Shown here in pieces: positions 22,506 through 36,469 of a stretch of DNA of 64,000 nt. This stretch comes from Neoechinorhynchus agilis. Its lineage: Eukaryota > Animalia > Acanthocephala. A program made the translations under genes and the position numbers. Position 1 is the first letter of the stretch; every line of letters starts with the position of its first letter. The DNA is taken from assembly GCA_051530055.1 (NCBI GenBank), contig CM121342.1:12291480-12355479 (forward strand), given 5' to 3'. The notes beneath the pieces were generated by a model. The model was not told the origin of the DNA. It saw nothing but the letters and a program-made list of their open reading frames with translations, and made no database searches.

Positions 22506-23308
22506 ATAAAAACAGATATAGAAAAACATTTTATATTCGACCATGAGTTTGGGAAAAATATTTGAATTCTTGGACTAATGCAAAAGATGTTACAATAGAC
22601 CTATTATGCAAATAAAAAAGGAATCAATTTAACGTTGTTTAAAATATGTTTTATTCAGGTGAGAAATATATAGAGTTACATCTTTTGGTGCCATGGCGAT
22701 AGGATTTGAGTAAGACATTCGGATTTGTAGATGATTCGATAACGAAACTGCCAATCTCAAGTTGAAAAGCAAATTAAAAGGATGTAACATTCACTTAAGC
22801 GAGTAGTAAATTCGACGAGAAACGCGACTCTTTAATTATAAGCTGACTGGAGATAAAATTGGGATATAATAGTTCTAACGACAGCCATATATCAACTTAT
22901 TTTGTCTTCGCAGGTGCCTATGTCATCTTAGACATCCAGGTAGCATTCTGTAAATTATAATATTTATTCCGGTTACAAAAGCTTAATGAATTGCTTTCAC
23001 AACAACTATTTAGGCGGGATTCATAAGGGAGTTTGCCATTTTATTGCTCGTTATTTCACTTTTAAATCAAGTTTAGCTGAGAATTTCACTCTTCATTCTA
23101 CCCTTCAAGATCGGAGTTCACTAGTTTGAATTTTTAGTTGATCCGTCCCAGTTTGGATAAATAAAATTGCGACTTTCTTACAATTCACGACCATCAAATA
23201 AACAAGACCAAGGTATAGACTATATTTAAAATTCGAATTTTTCATTTACGCGTGCGAGTGTGAATTTAAGTTTCTAAAAAGGAAATGAGTGTCCATATAC
23301 CCGTATAA

Positions 23309-26300
23309 TCATCGCCAGCATTCTTCAGGAAAATTCGAAACAGTCGTTTGAACGATCTTTTGCTCCCCGTTCGGCTCACGAGCATTGTAAATGAACCTAA
23401 TTCGCAAACGAATTTTCTCTTTGCTCTTATTGACCACAACCATTTCCTGCTTTAATTCCGCGTTACGGCCAGAGAGAGTTGTACAATTGGCAGGATGAAT
23501 GGTCAATGTTTGCGACTTTGGAACAGCAACCTAAATTTTTTACTTAGATGCAGGATTTTCGTCCGCGGAAACTATCTACCTGTAGAGTACAATTGTACAT
23601 TGGAACGGGCATAAGATTAGTAACAATTGAGCACAATGTGAGTGTATTCGATTGCTCAGAGTACTCATACTTAAAATCCACTTTCACATCATTGTTTTTG
23701 TAACCACAAATGGTTCCTTTAGAAGATTTGGGAACATCGAAAGTGGCAAACTCAGTAGGAGCTGTGACTGTTACACGTTTCTCGATCTCGAGAATGTCTA
23801 GTAATGAATTATCTGATACCTTTGAAGATAAATACCTAGTGTTAAAAAATGATAAAAACCGTTTTTGATTAGTTTACCTTAGACTCTCCCATTAATTCCG
23901 ATAAGATATCGTTCTCTGTGCTCGTATCGATCAATGTCAATAAATTCACACTACCCTTGGAGTTGCTATCTTCTGATGGAGACACACTGTCTGACACATC
24001 ACCCAGCATCAAGTTGGCTCGTTTGCTCTCAAATGCTGGCATACTTGAGTATACATCCTTAACGTAGGTTCGACAAGTAGGAGAATGCGGATATCCGGTT
24101 ATCAGATTTGTAAAATAAGAGACTAAAACGAACCCCGTTCTACCTAATTGACTATATGGTTCATGCTAAAAATAAATGCGCGGCGAAAAATCACTATTTA
24201 GTTAATGCTAACTTTCTGGCAGTTGAAATTAGTGATTGAGAAAATTACCGCGAGAAGTGAATAAAATCTGTAGTGAGGTTGGGTGTTGTAATGTAGCCTC
24301 AGAAATAATGTGGAAATAATCGAATTTAAGAATAGATTGTAGCTAAGAAAGTTTTATTGCGGCAATTTTATGTGGTTAACGATAGTGCCTTATGAAAATT
24401 AGAAGAAATGCATTCAAAAAGTTCTGCATACCGATCTTAAGGAATCATATTTCTGGACTATATTTCCGTATTCCACAGATCTTGTCTGCAGTTCAAGCGA
24501 AATATTATCACTGAATATTCCGATCAATTGATTTATTCGGCTAAAGAAGATATTTAGTGTTTGGTCATGTTACCATTTTTAAATAGACCTGAAATCCTTT
24601 GAATAAACGCTTAACTTCATCAAACAGTTAAGAGCATAAGATTTTGTAGCCACCGATGATTGACCTTTAAGTACCGCCTCTATCACATCTACCATTGTGT
24701 CCCCACTTGAATCAACGCTACTCATCAAACTATGTCCATACTCCCCAAAGCACCAACAAACGACCTGGTAAAGCGGTTGCTTTTCCCCCAGAGCACGTAG
24801 ACTTGTTTCATCACTAGAGAGTTTCAGAAGTTCCCGGCATGTATATGTGTGAACATTAGGATCGTTTGTCGATGAAATGCTTCCGATAATCATTGATACC
24901 ATATCATCCCTAATATGATTTCCTGCCACTTGGAAAATCAACAAACACTGATCGATGAGCCACGTTTTACTCGGGGCGTATCTTTTTAAGTAAAAGACTT
25001 TCAAGTAACAAAAGCTAACTCACTTTTCGATTGAAGAAAACATTTCAGAAGCGCAGTCGCCGCGAAGTTCCTCTTCGCAGTTGCCGAGGAAATTCAAGAG
25101 TTCAGTGGTCATTTGAACAATATTTCCTTGATCAATTATTGCGAAGCAAAGTTCCATTGATCTTCTCTTAAGGCTGACATCAAAGTCGTCGAGGCATTCA
25201 AGAATCATGCTCGAATGTCGTTTGACAGCTTGGCGATCCACTTTAACGACTTCGAGAAGAACTCCCAGAGCAACGTACCTTGAGCGATTTCATTACTTTT
25301 TATCTTTATGTAAAGACCTACTTTACGTTTTTATCACTATTCAGAAGGAAGCGACCAAGGATATTAATAGCCAAAACCTTTTCACATAAACATCGTTGAA
25401 TTGAAAATACAAACATGAGACTTGCCCTAAGTCCGGATTCGCTTTTTATGTTCATGATGGTGAGTACCGCGTCATAAAGGACAGCGTTACCAGCGTTATG
25501 GATCCCATCGGTACTTGTGACGACCTTGAAGAATAAAATGAATTGGATAATTGCGAAAATGGTAAGCAAGGAAAGCTAAATCAGCCATGAGTCGTTTTTA
25601 CGTGCTTATCAATAAAAGTCATTTCAGCAGATTCTTATACAATTTTCAAGTATCCGCGGTTACCTTCTATCATTTGTCACTTTATGAAGTACAGTCCGCG
25701 ATTAAACTCGTATCGAAAAAAGTTTCAAAAAGATGAACTTTTGCAGACCAGAATCATCATCCCGGTGCAGGCATTAATGAGAATATACCGACGTCTACTT
25801 TTGGGTGTATGTACGCATTTTAAAAGCACTAGAAACCGCCTTCTTTAATAGAATTGAGCTTTTAAGCAACGTTGATGCAAAATTACACTGGTCAACGCAA
25901 AATATGTGTTTTGGGTATCTAAATTCGAAACTCCATTGGTTTGTTTTTACTGTCAAACCACATGCGAAATGTCATTCCATAAAAAGTTAACGTCGATTTT
26001 CTGATCATGAAACAAATTTCTTGTACTTCGTATTAAATAACGAGTTATACTAGACCGCCTTAAAGATAGAATCACAAAACCCACATATTTAAATGGAATT
26101 CACAATATGAATCAGCATTGGAGTAATTAATAATTTAAGGGAAATCACGGACCTGTGCCAGAATATCGTTCATTGATTCACTGACTCCAGCATCGTCTTT
26201 TCCCAATATTCTCATTACCTTTAAAACGTTGCACTAAAAACGAGATGTTGTCACAAAGACTTGTTTTCCTTTAGAATTTCTTCTTACTTGTAGAAAAGGA

Positions 26301-27134
26301 TCGCTAATACTGCAGACGTCGTATTCGGGGTTAAAACTGGTCATTAGAAGCGATCGTAAGGTACGGACAAGTATTGGGGCAATCTTCCATTATAATAAGT
26401 TGAAAAAATTCATTTCAGCATAGAATACCTTTTTTAATGTTTCAAGCTGACCTGGAGAATACTTGATAATTTGCAAGACAAGAGACATGGTTGCACACAG
26501 GATGTCATGACTTTTATCGATCAAAAGACGTTCAATGTGAGGAACGAACATATCGACGCTTTCCGGGAACTTTGAGATAATCCGACATGCACATAGTACT
26601 GCCTATTCGATTATTAAGAACTTTTATAACACTACTTGAAAATACCTTCTTTTTCAAATACGGATTAATACATTTTACAAATTTTTCGACTTCAAACACG
26701 AGATCGCGACCCATTTGTTCAGAACAAATGGCTCCAAGTGTGGAGAGAGCGAGACCTGCAATGTATTGGCTTGGATGATTTAAATCATTTTTGAGTGAGT
26801 TTGTAATCATTAATGAAATGTTTTGTCGTTCATCGAGTAAAAGAGCAGCTCCCAGATATCCGATTCGTTTGTCGGTGTAGCTGTGAGAAGCAATCAGTTT
26901 AAGGCATTCCAGTTGTCCGTAATGGGCAGGATATCCCAGTAGATAGAGGTATAGGAGTTTCGCTACGTTTCTGCATCGATAAACGTTGTCTTCACTTCGA
27001 AATGAATCTCTAATAGCAGCGCCTTCACGTTGGGCAACTTCGCGCTCTTCTGCAAGCGTTTTGGCCGAACGAATGTCTCGAATAAGGTCCCGCAAGCGTT
27101 GAGGAGCATTTAGACCCAAGTCAGGAAACTTCAT
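23309..27134 (-). CDS. AP1G1: AP-1 complex subunit gamma (gamma-adaptin), multi-exon
   Basis: [91 protein letters not shown], and a C-terminal ear domain ([10 protein letters not shown]...IRLRIRF). Short GT-AG introns plus one GC-AG. Confidence 0.95.
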
Positions 27135-27239
27135 TTCAATCCAAAGTGCAAACGTAGAAGAAAAACGACAAGTTTATGAAGTCTTCATTCGGCCGCAAAA
27201 GAGTTAAAATTCTTTCCGAAATGAGCAGTCATTTGCTCC

Positions 27240-27620
27240 TTAAAACAGGTCCTTCCCAAATCCGTTGCTTCTCGGGCTAGGACTTTTCGCCCAGCGGTGT
27301 TTCAAGCGGAAGGGTACCTGCAACTCAGTCCTGGCGGGCGCGTGGAACACGGCCGGAAGAGATTCCGGCAGCCCCATGGGACCTGCTGGCCAAGTGTGGC
27401 AGTCGCTCAGCCTTGAATGTCTTAAGCAAGTTCCTTAGCGAATAGCTTTCATCCATCTTCTTTAATCGAGGACCGAATTGGACAGCCGATCGAACCCGTA
27501 ATCAGCTCCAAAATCAACAATTGCATTCGTTTAACAAATCAGAACTCGAGTGTTCATGAGGACCCAAAGGTACATCGGTCCTCTTTGTTAATTAAGAAAT
27601 AAAGTTGTTAATATTAATGC
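27240..27620 (+). mobile_element. Probable 3' end of a non-LTR element ending in the shared stem-loop
   Basis: GC-rich frame ending WDLLAKCGSRSALNVLSKFLSE*, followed by the stem-loop at 27558-27583, AATAAA and an AT-rich tail. Confidence 0.4.
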
Positions 27621-27699
27621 TCTGACACTGGCTGACGTGGACGCCGACGATCCCAAATTTTTCCTCTTCTTAACTGAAAAATGTTCTAGAATCCATCAA

Positions 27700-29040
27700 T
27701 CAGAACCTCTGCCCTTACTCAAATTACATCCATTGCCCCATCTTAGGCTACAAACAAACTATCACTCCCACAACTGACACTTATGTAAACTCTCCAATAC
27801 TCCTTTAGTTTTCTCATTCAAAGTCCCACAACATCTCAAGAAATTACCTCGAAATCCGTCCTCTGAATCCGAAATCCCGAACTGGATTCTTCACTGAATC
27901 ATCCTCGAACTCATAGATCCTCTTATCCTCATAATAAATCGCAGCATTTTATATGGCATCTATTCCTCATGCCTGAAAACTACTAAAGTGATCCTTCTTC
28001 AAAAAAAAGGATATCCGACTTCCACCGAATTATTCCGTGCAATATATATTCTAAAAGCTCTTTCACAAATCATCGAAAAATGTTTCAAAACTCGCCCTCT
28101 TTTACTTCTCAATGACAAATTATCGCCCTAACAATTCGGCCACCGGCCAAAATTTTCGGCAACGGATCCCCTACTTTGCATTTACGACACGCTCCTACGC
28201 AACCTCGATAATGATTCCTCCCATGTCAGCCGTCTCATTCAACTGGATTTATCGAAAGCATTCGAGTCCGTGGACAATTCACTCCTTCTCCTGGCATGCT
28301 CCGATTTTGGTCTCAACCTGTGACAAATCTGCTGGCTCGAATTTTATCTTCACAATCACAAACAATACATTCACTGTCGATTATCCTCCTCGATCAGCCT
28401 ATACCTCACCAAAGGCGTACCTCAAGGTGCTGTGCTGCCACCACTTACTTTTAATATTTTTTTAAACGAACTTAAGTCTCTCCCATCTCAATCTAAACTT
28501 TTCTTAGATGTTGACGATCTCATACTCATCACTAAATTCCCACCTCTCCTTCTCCTTAACCTCTAACGAAATCACACACATAAAAGGGTTTTGCAACAAT
28601 TACAAACTCTACCTGAATTTCTCCAAATGCTTCGAAATGATCCCTTCATTATCCCGTAACCCCACTTTCTGCCTCGAGCTTTCTGAGTCTCCAATTTCAA
28701 TCAAACTTGAAATGAGACTCGCACATCACACTCTTCCTCAAGCACAATAACCCTTAAAATTTAAATCCCCCGCTCGCCAAATTCCTTTGGAAAATTTTCA
28801 ACAAACAATAAAAACGTTTACCAGCCCTACCACAACTATTTTACCACATTTTATTCCCCCTTTCACACGAGCGTAATACTCGCAATAACAATTCCTTTCA
28901 TTCTCCCTCAACTTCGCATCTTCCTCGAACCTGAAGAAAGACACAACCTCACAAACTCTCCTACAAACAATAGCCACCAACTTTCCCACTCCACCGGAAC
29001 CATCATCCACTCCAAAATCAACAGCCTCATTAATTAAACC
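27700..29040 (+). mobile_element. Degenerate L2/CR1-type RT fragment
   Basis: Broken frames read LKTTKVILLQKK...FRAIYILKALSQIIEK, QLDLSKAFESVD, GVPQGAVLPP, DVDDL. CT-rich sense strand. Confidence 0.75.
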
Positions 29041-29126
29041 TATCATATAGTTCGAGTGTTTGCTAGGACCCAGAAGTACATGGTTATTATAATAACACGT
29101 TTATTGAAAATACAAAGAAAGGTTAG

Positions 29127-29152
29127 GAGGACCCACGTACCTTTGGGTCCTC
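29127..29152 (-). other. Conserved 26-nt 3'-terminal stem-loop (also at 15868-15892, 27558-27583, 36083-36108, 38237-38262)
   Basis: GAGGACCCA-AAGGTACG-TGGGTCCTC, a perfect 9-bp stem. Most copies are followed by AATAA(A)-GTGTTATTAT-type tails. Confidence 0.75.
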
Positions 29153-29829
29153 ATCCCTTAATATGGAAATATGCAGTCGAGGGAATATGCAGTCGAGGGG
29201 CGCCGGGCGATAGTTCAGAGATTTTCAACGTTTTCGGGTCGTTTGGCTTTTCCGTTGGAGTCGTCCTTAGCAACAAATTTATTAATTAACAATGGGGGAT
29301 AGAAGCTTTTTATGGCATTTTCATGTACGACGTAAATCCCATTACACTATTACAAATTTTAAGCAAGGTACGGAGTGCATTAAGGATTACCTATTTCTTC
29401 AACTTTGTGTTTAACGATGATGATTATATATATTTTAAGCAAATAAAATGATTTTATAACCCCTTTCCCCTGATTTAAGTGGATATTATATTTTATTCTG
29501 CAAGGCGAGAACTCGGACGGGATCGATATATTATGTTTCAAAACATGCGTAGGTCTCTTATCATCGCTTTTATAGGAAGCAAACTTAATAATTAATCTCA
29601 ACAAAACTTTTATTATTACCCCTAGACTAAAACATCTCGGCGGAGGAGATCTATAGCCAACTTCACTGAAGAATCTAAGGCGTTCAGTTCCCTCCAAAAC
29701 ATCATCGTTAATTCATAAAAATAATTCAAACACAGTTTTGATAGAATCATAAACCTCATAACACGCCCTAGGAACCTTACTGGAGATCAAAACATAATTT
29801 ACAAAGAATGTAAATAAATTATTGGATTT

Positions 29830-30260
29830 TCAATGTACTTTTTTGCCAGGAGACGATCACCAGAGAACCAATATGATTCTTGCCTTCCCTGGGACGCCAT
29901 GTGTGTACACACCCTCGCAGTAAGCAACATTCCATACTCTCTCGAAATCGCTGTAGGTGCAGCCAGTGCAGCGGAAGCAAAGAAGGTACGAAAATATAGG
30001 GATTTTGCAAGGACCCACTATTGTGTCCCCTTCGGAGTAGAGACGTATGGAGCGCTTGGCAGCTCGGCACTCACTCTGCTCCAGGATCTCTCGAAAAATT
30101 GAGAGAAACGACCGGCGACGCACGAGCCGGTGTATTCCTGCGACAAAATATCTCGCTTGCAGTACAACGAGGCAATGCTGCTAGCGTGATAGCGACAGCC
30201 GAGGAAGGCGAGAAGCTCCAATTTTGCGGACGGTGGTGATTGCACGTTTTGTACTTTAAC
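29830..30260 (+). mobile_element. CRE-clade 3' fragment (RLE domain)
   Basis: PWDAMCVHTLA...VPFGVETYGALG...FLRQNISLAVQRGNAASV. Confidence 0.85.
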
Positions 30261-30419
30261 AAATTAAAAAATTGTTTTATAAATTTCGAAAAAACTTCAA
30301 TAAATTCATTAGGACAGGCAATGAGCTTTCCAGGTATCCTGCAAATATCTTGAAGGAAAAGAATGACATGGCAACAATTCGAAACCAATAAAACAGTCCA
30401 TAAACATTCAACAATTTTT

Positions 30420-32930
30420 ATTCTTTAAAGTTCTACAATCGATTTTCGATCTTAATTCAACAACCCTTCTTACACAAACGGATCCCAAAGGACGCCCGAT
30501 TTCAGGTAGCGAAGAGGTATTCAGCCCTGCTGAGCGACTGTCTCGAGACAAATACCGAAATATCTTGGGCACGCCTTTTCGCATTCCCGAGACTGGTACT
30601 TTGTGCTGGAGTACCATCTGACTTGTCCCTTGTTACCCTCATCCAAAACCGGGTGTCCTCCTTCGACAATTCGTTTGGAGAGGTCCTACGCAAAGCTCGC
30701 GTTTTTATGGGAGATTTTTCAAAGCCACTGAATCCGAGTCGAGTTTCAACCCGTTCAATGACCCAGAGAGTGTATTCTAAACTCGCCGATGGTGATGTGA
30801 GAGGCGCGGTTCGCATTCTATCATGAACCAACGAATTCACAAGAAATGATACGAAAAATCTCCAACTTATCAGCGAGAAACATCCTCGACCCACTGGTCA
30901 TCTAGAATATTCGGAGATGATCCCCTCGTGCACCCGTTAGAGTTTTCGGTTGATGTTGTTAAGACAGCCGTTTCTTCGTTCGCAAATGGGTCAGCACGTG
31001 GGCTCGATGGGCTTCGGCCTCAGCACCTAAAGGACATGATGCCCTTCTCCATAGGTGATCCATCCCATGTTCTCCTGAACGTCTTGACTCGATTAGTCGA
31101 CGTTATTCTCTGGCGCTTCCTTTTGCGCTTTAGAAAAGAATGACGGTGGGATTCGTCCCATCGCGATTGGCTCTACATTGAGACGACTAACAGGGAAAGT
31201 GATTTTTAGGCGAGTCTCAGAAGGTGTTGCTGAAATTCTTTGTCTAGTTCGACTAGGTTGCTGCACACCTTGCGGGCCGGAAGCCATGGTCGACGCACTC
31301 CGTACATTTGTACCGTGTGTGATCCTAAAATTAGGTTCCTCGGAACGCCTTCAATTCCGTTAATCGCGACTCTCTCTTAAAAGCTGTCAGAGATCACGCA
31401 CCGGAGGCTTACGGGTATTTTAGAAATTCGTACGGAGCTGCGACCCCTCTTGTATTCAACGATCACATCATTCCTTCCGAAAGAGGCGTTCAACCGGGAG
31501 ACCCGTTAGGTCCCATTGGTTTCGCGCTCACCGTGAACAAATTAGCACATTCTCTTGATGCGGAATTCAATGCCTAGCACTTGGACGAAGCTACGCTGGG
31601 AGGTAGTTCTTGGTGACCTGGAGAAAATCAAGATGGGGGCAAGTAAGCTAGGCATTGAATTGAGCACAGAAAAGTGCGAAATTCTATTCTGTAACATAGA
31701 TAGGGGCCCTGCAAAAGACGTAATAAAGCGCGACTTTGAAAATGTTGCACCCGGGATAGAAACGATCGACCTAGACCGGCTTAAGCTTTTAGGCAGTTGC
31801 GTCTTTGATGGGAATGTCGAACAAGAAATTAACAGCCTTCTAGAGAAATTATCGGTGCTTTGCGATAGGGTCTGTGAGCTTGGATCACACGAGGCTCTGT
31901 TCTTGATAAAGAATACCCTCTTCATCGCCAAGTTCCTTTATGTTCTACGCACTGCGCCGTTTTTCAAGCACAAGGTTCAGCTTGGCAAGCTAGATAACAG
32001 ATTGAAGGACTGTCTTGAGCAAGTTTTAAATGTCCAGCTGTCAGAAGAGGCATGGCGACAAGCATCCTTGCCTGTATCTTCTGGCGGGTTGGGCATCCGG
32101 AAAACAGCAGACATATCCCTGCCCGCATTTTTAGGCTCCTATGAGGGAAGCAGAAGCGCAGTTCAACGCATTTTGAATGAGAGAATCAGTGAGTGGTGTA
32201 CACTGACCAACTCCGATCAAGTACCTGTGAATGACCTAAAACAATCTGTGTGGGATCGACCTCTCGTCGCAAGAGTTCAAAGCTCTCTCTTGTCAGACTC
32301 AAGGAACGACATTGTCCGTGCCAGGTTGTTGGCAGTCTCCAGTAGAGAATCAGGTGCTTGGTTGAACGCGGTCCCGCTGGCATCCGTGGGTACTCTCCGA
32401 AAAGGCGGTACGGGTCGGAGTTTCAATGAGACTGGGATTACCAATGTGTCATCCCCACCGTTGCCGCTGCGATACAAATATGGATTCGTCGGGACGTCAT
32501 GGTCTCATCTGTAGAAAATCAGCCGGCAGATACATGCCGAAATTAACATGGTGCTGAGCCGGGCACTTGTTACGCGGTAAATACCCCCAATATTTTGGAA
32601 CCTGCCAACCTCTGTAGGGACGACGGGCGTAGACCTGATGGGGTGACCGTATTTCCGTGGTGGGAGGGTAAATGCCTCCTCTGGGACGTCACTTGTGTCG
32701 ATACACTTGCAGCCAGCAATCTCAAGTTCTCGGTGGTTCAAGCTGGAGGTGCAGCGAGCACGGCGGAAGGACGGAAAACGGCAAAATACCTCGATTTAGC
32801 CCGGGCCCATGTGTTTGCACCTTTTGGGGTTGAGACCTACGGAACTCTTGGTTGCGAGGCTCTTCAACCTTTGAAGGATCTGAAGCGACGCCTTAGGCAA
32901 CACTGCAAGCATTCGGGCGACAATTGAGGA
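30420..32930 (+). mobile_element. Degenerate CRE-clade non-LTR retrotransposon (pre-RT, RT, RLE)
   Basis: KLADGDVRGAVRIL, GLDGLRPQHLKD, DGGIRPIAIG, QPGDPLGP, EPANLCRDDGRRPDGVTVFPWWEGKCLLWDVTCVDT. Multiple frameshifts. Confidence 0.88.
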
Positions 32931-33299
32931 CGATGACGGCTAGGTGTGAGCGTGTACCCATTAAATAAAAACAAGAAATACATAAAGTCATCTTTAAAGC
33001 TAAAAAAATTGAAATTTAAAACACGGGTTTGATGCTTAATAATAATTGCAGTTTTCATTCATAAAATGAAACTTGGAAAGGTACTGTAGAGGACGAGGGA
33101 GCTCATCCATTAACTCTTACGACCCGTCCAGAATAAGCTTTTGTACAATGAATCTAAAGATCAAGACGGTTTCTCAAGATTATTTTAAGTATGAAACCCT
33201 AAACATAATATTTATTCACAATGTTGTAAGTGGAAAGATTTCTAAGCCCAAAAGCCAACATGCTTATAAGAATGATTAACTTTGCTATTAAAGACAAGC

Positions 33300-35900
33300 G
33301 GCCGCACGGAAAATGCGGATTCACATGCATTCAATCAACGCCCTCCATTCAATGAACGGTGAACGCAAATCGGACAAGTATTCTACTCTTATTGATGTTG
33401 CACTAAAGAAATGCTTTGAACAAGTTACTGAAACTCTAAAGGACTTATTAATTGAACTGATGAGTACAGCTAAGGATGTATTAGCATAGGCTATTCAGTG
33501 CGAAATGGAAGCTCTCAAAAATTAACAGTTGATCGAAGTCAAAAAGTGTAAAGAAAGCTAACGGTTCAAAGAGGCAGGTAAAAGTTTCAAATGTGAATTC
33601 TAAGAAACAAACTAAATGTTTACTGAAATCGGATAGTTAAGCGACCACGAAGGAAAATAAGGTTTTGGTAGATTCCATCAGCATGATAAACTCGAATGAA
33701 GATTTGTTGGAAACGAATGGTGCTCTAAAGACTGAGGATATTTCGACCTTTACTAGGGACTTGGTTAGAGGATATTCAGCCTGTAGTACTTTATGATTCC
33801 AATATTGCTGTGGAGGGGTATGATATTGTGACTGGGATAAAAGGTAGCAATAGAAAAAGCAAAAGCGATTCAGCTGAAGTAACTACTAAGAAAGCTACGG
33901 TCGAACAAAAGGTCGAAGAAACATCTGAACGAGTAGTAACAAGAGCAAAAGGAGAAACTCCATCAAAATCAATCAACCCTTCGATTCATTTCGGTAATGA
34001 TACGCCTTCCCCACCCCGGCCATCATCCATTGTTGCTCTGAATTCGACCCTTCGCATCATGCACTCCTCCATCGAGGATAGAAATCGCACCATATTTATT
34101 TCTTGTATGCCGGAAGCCCTCGGTTCAGATCCTGTCGCAGCTGATGCACACAACCGCCAACAAATCCTTCGAATCGGTCAACTCCTTTTCCCTGACATTA
34201 ACTCCACTATTCCTCCCCCACCAACAGTTATGCGTATTCCCTCCCCTTTAACCCGAGACCACGTCTCCTCAAACTAACTTTTATTTCACCATTCGTAGCT
34301 TCCCTCTTTCTTAACAGAAGATTCAAACTCCTTACTTCTCAATTTTCTTTTCGTATCTATCCACATAAGAATGCATCACAAAATATTTCCTAATGCCCTC
34401 CAAACTCAACCCAGAACTCATCTTCCCAATGTAGCCCGTCACTTTTAGCAAAAACCCACGAGCATCTCCCCCATAACAAAAATCGAAGACTAAGCGACTT
34501 CCCACTTTCTTTGATTACGTGCAACTCCACCGGCGCCCGAATAACCACAAAGGTCAATCTCCCAGCCGTTCTTCATTAAATACTCTCTTTTTCTCGAATT
34601 AAGTAAATAATTATCTCTCTACCCCTACTCAAAATCACCATAAATCGGCCCATCCAACCGTAATGGATCCATGCAAATTCCTAACCCTAAACTCATTTCT
34701 ATCATTACCATTCACTCATCTCAACTCAAATTTTCGAGTCGCCCGGACTTCTCTCTTTGGGATAATCAATCGTTCTTTGTCGGCATCCCGTAACGATTCC
34801 TCCCTTAATCCACCACCCGCAACGAACAATGCAACCCCAATCTCGCTCACCTCCACCCCCCATTTCCCACGATCCAAAATTCCCTTCCCCACCATTTTCC
34901 ACTCCAATACTCGTAGCCTACTTCCTAAACTAGACGAAATTTCACTCATTGCATCTACCCCAAAAGCCAACGTAGTCATCTAAACAGAAACGTGGCTTAC
35001 CCTCTTCAGCAGCGATTCAGCCATCCTTCCAGGGTACTCTTCCTTCCATACATACCGCGATGACCGCCCAGGAGGGGGTCTCAATTTACGTACGGCAATC
35101 GTTACCTTACCCTTTATTTCTCACAGGCTCTCTTTAAAACCCCGATTTAGAATTCATCGCAGACCATTTCATAGCTCCATTGAGAAACGGCCTTAGAGAA
35201 TTCACCATTGTGGGCGTCATCGCCCTCCGGCCTCTCGACCTGAGTCCTCCCTGCTCCAAATTGACTCTATGGTGGAGCTCATAAACTCCACAAATTCGCA
35301 CCATTTCTTAATTACAGGGGACTTCAATAATCTATTTCATCTTCTACCCTTCTCCGAGTTGCGCCAACTTGTTGACTTCCCAACTCGTCTTGACGCTCAC
35401 CACGACAAAGTGTTCACAAATATCGACCCCTACTCATCCGCCTCTAAACTCCCTCCTCCCGCGAACTCTGACCATTCCTTTGCCCTTATCACTTCTTCCA
35501 CCCCACCTCAGAGTATGAAATCTCTCCGTTTACCCGTCTGGGATAAACGTGATCATCACACCCACAATTTTATAAAATTAGTCAACTCTAACATCCGCAC
35601 ATCCCACTCTGGCAACATAAATGATCCTTCCTTGGCCGTGTCCTCCTTAATCTCAATCATAGAAAATTCCCTAGCTTCGGCAATTCTTAAGAAATTCATT
35701 AGGATCTACAACCGCTTTCTTCCACATATCGCTCCCTTTTCAGGCGAGCACATCACTCGTAATCCTAATTCGTTTCACCCCCCTATACCTTGCACCTCAC
35801 TATGTCTACATCATTTTCTCCATGCTGCCCAATCTTCTCGGATATCATAGCCTGAAATGATTCTGAGGAACGGCCAACCTTACAAGCGCTCCTGCAAGCA
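33300..35900 (+). mobile_element. L2/CR1-type LINE 5' half (ORF1 plus APE endonuclease), degenerate
   Basis: ORF1 reads EDRNRTIFISCMPE...LKLTFIS. EN reads HSNTRSLLPKLDE...TETWL...RDDRPGGG...GDFN...QLVDFPTR...DKVFTN...SDHS. Confidence 0.8.
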
Positions 35901-36070
35901 ATAAACACCAATTCCCACCAGAACGGACTTCCAACCCAACCGAATATTCTCAATCGAACGGACACCCTCGCCCGAACGAACCGTCGCCGACTGGATAGTT
36001 CCTACCCGAATAGACATCCCTCCGACCAGATATTATCTCCCGAACGGATATTCCTCGACTACAAATACCC
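35900..36070 (+). repeat. Degenerate ~15-17-bp tandem subrepeats (CCGAAYGGAYATTCC-like)
   Basis: About 8-9 units such as CCAGAACGGACTTCC, CCCGAATAGACATCCC and CCCGAACGGATATTCC. Related units (CCCTCGACTGCATATT x2) occur on the minus strand at ~29170-29200. Confidence 0.55.
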
Positions 36071-36219
36071 ATATTAACGGATGAGGACCCAAAGGTACAT
36101 GGGTCCTTCTAAACCTTTCTTTTTATCCAATAAATGTGTTATTATTATAATAAAGCTAATTTTTATTTCCGATATATACCTTCACATCTTGTGTAAAAAA
36201 CGAAAATGTAGGTCTCGAA

Positions 36220-36330
36220 GAAATTGAGAGAAACGACCGGCGACGCACGAGCAGGTGTATTCCTGCGACAAAATATCTCGCAGTACAACGAGGCAATGCT
36301 GCAAGCGTGATAGCGACAGCCGAGGAAGGA
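36220..36330 (+). mobile_element. CRE 3'-end fragment
   Basis: Near-identical to 30095-30210 (GAGAGAAACGACCGGCGACGCACGAG...GCAATGCTGC). Confidence 0.8.
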
Positions 36331-36469
36331 GAGATGCTTAACAAATAAACGTTCATTCGTAAAATTAGCTGCCAACTAGCGCTTTGTTAAGTCTCACCGG
36401 GCAATTATTTGAGATGGAAATTAATAAGAAGACGTAAAGGTAAGATGCGGAATTGGAGGCCGATAAGTT

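Noticed and set aside
36083-36108. GATGAGGACCC...GGGTCC hairpins as hammerhead cores
   Set aside because: They lack the leading CU of CUGAUGA and the GAAA after the stem in every copy.
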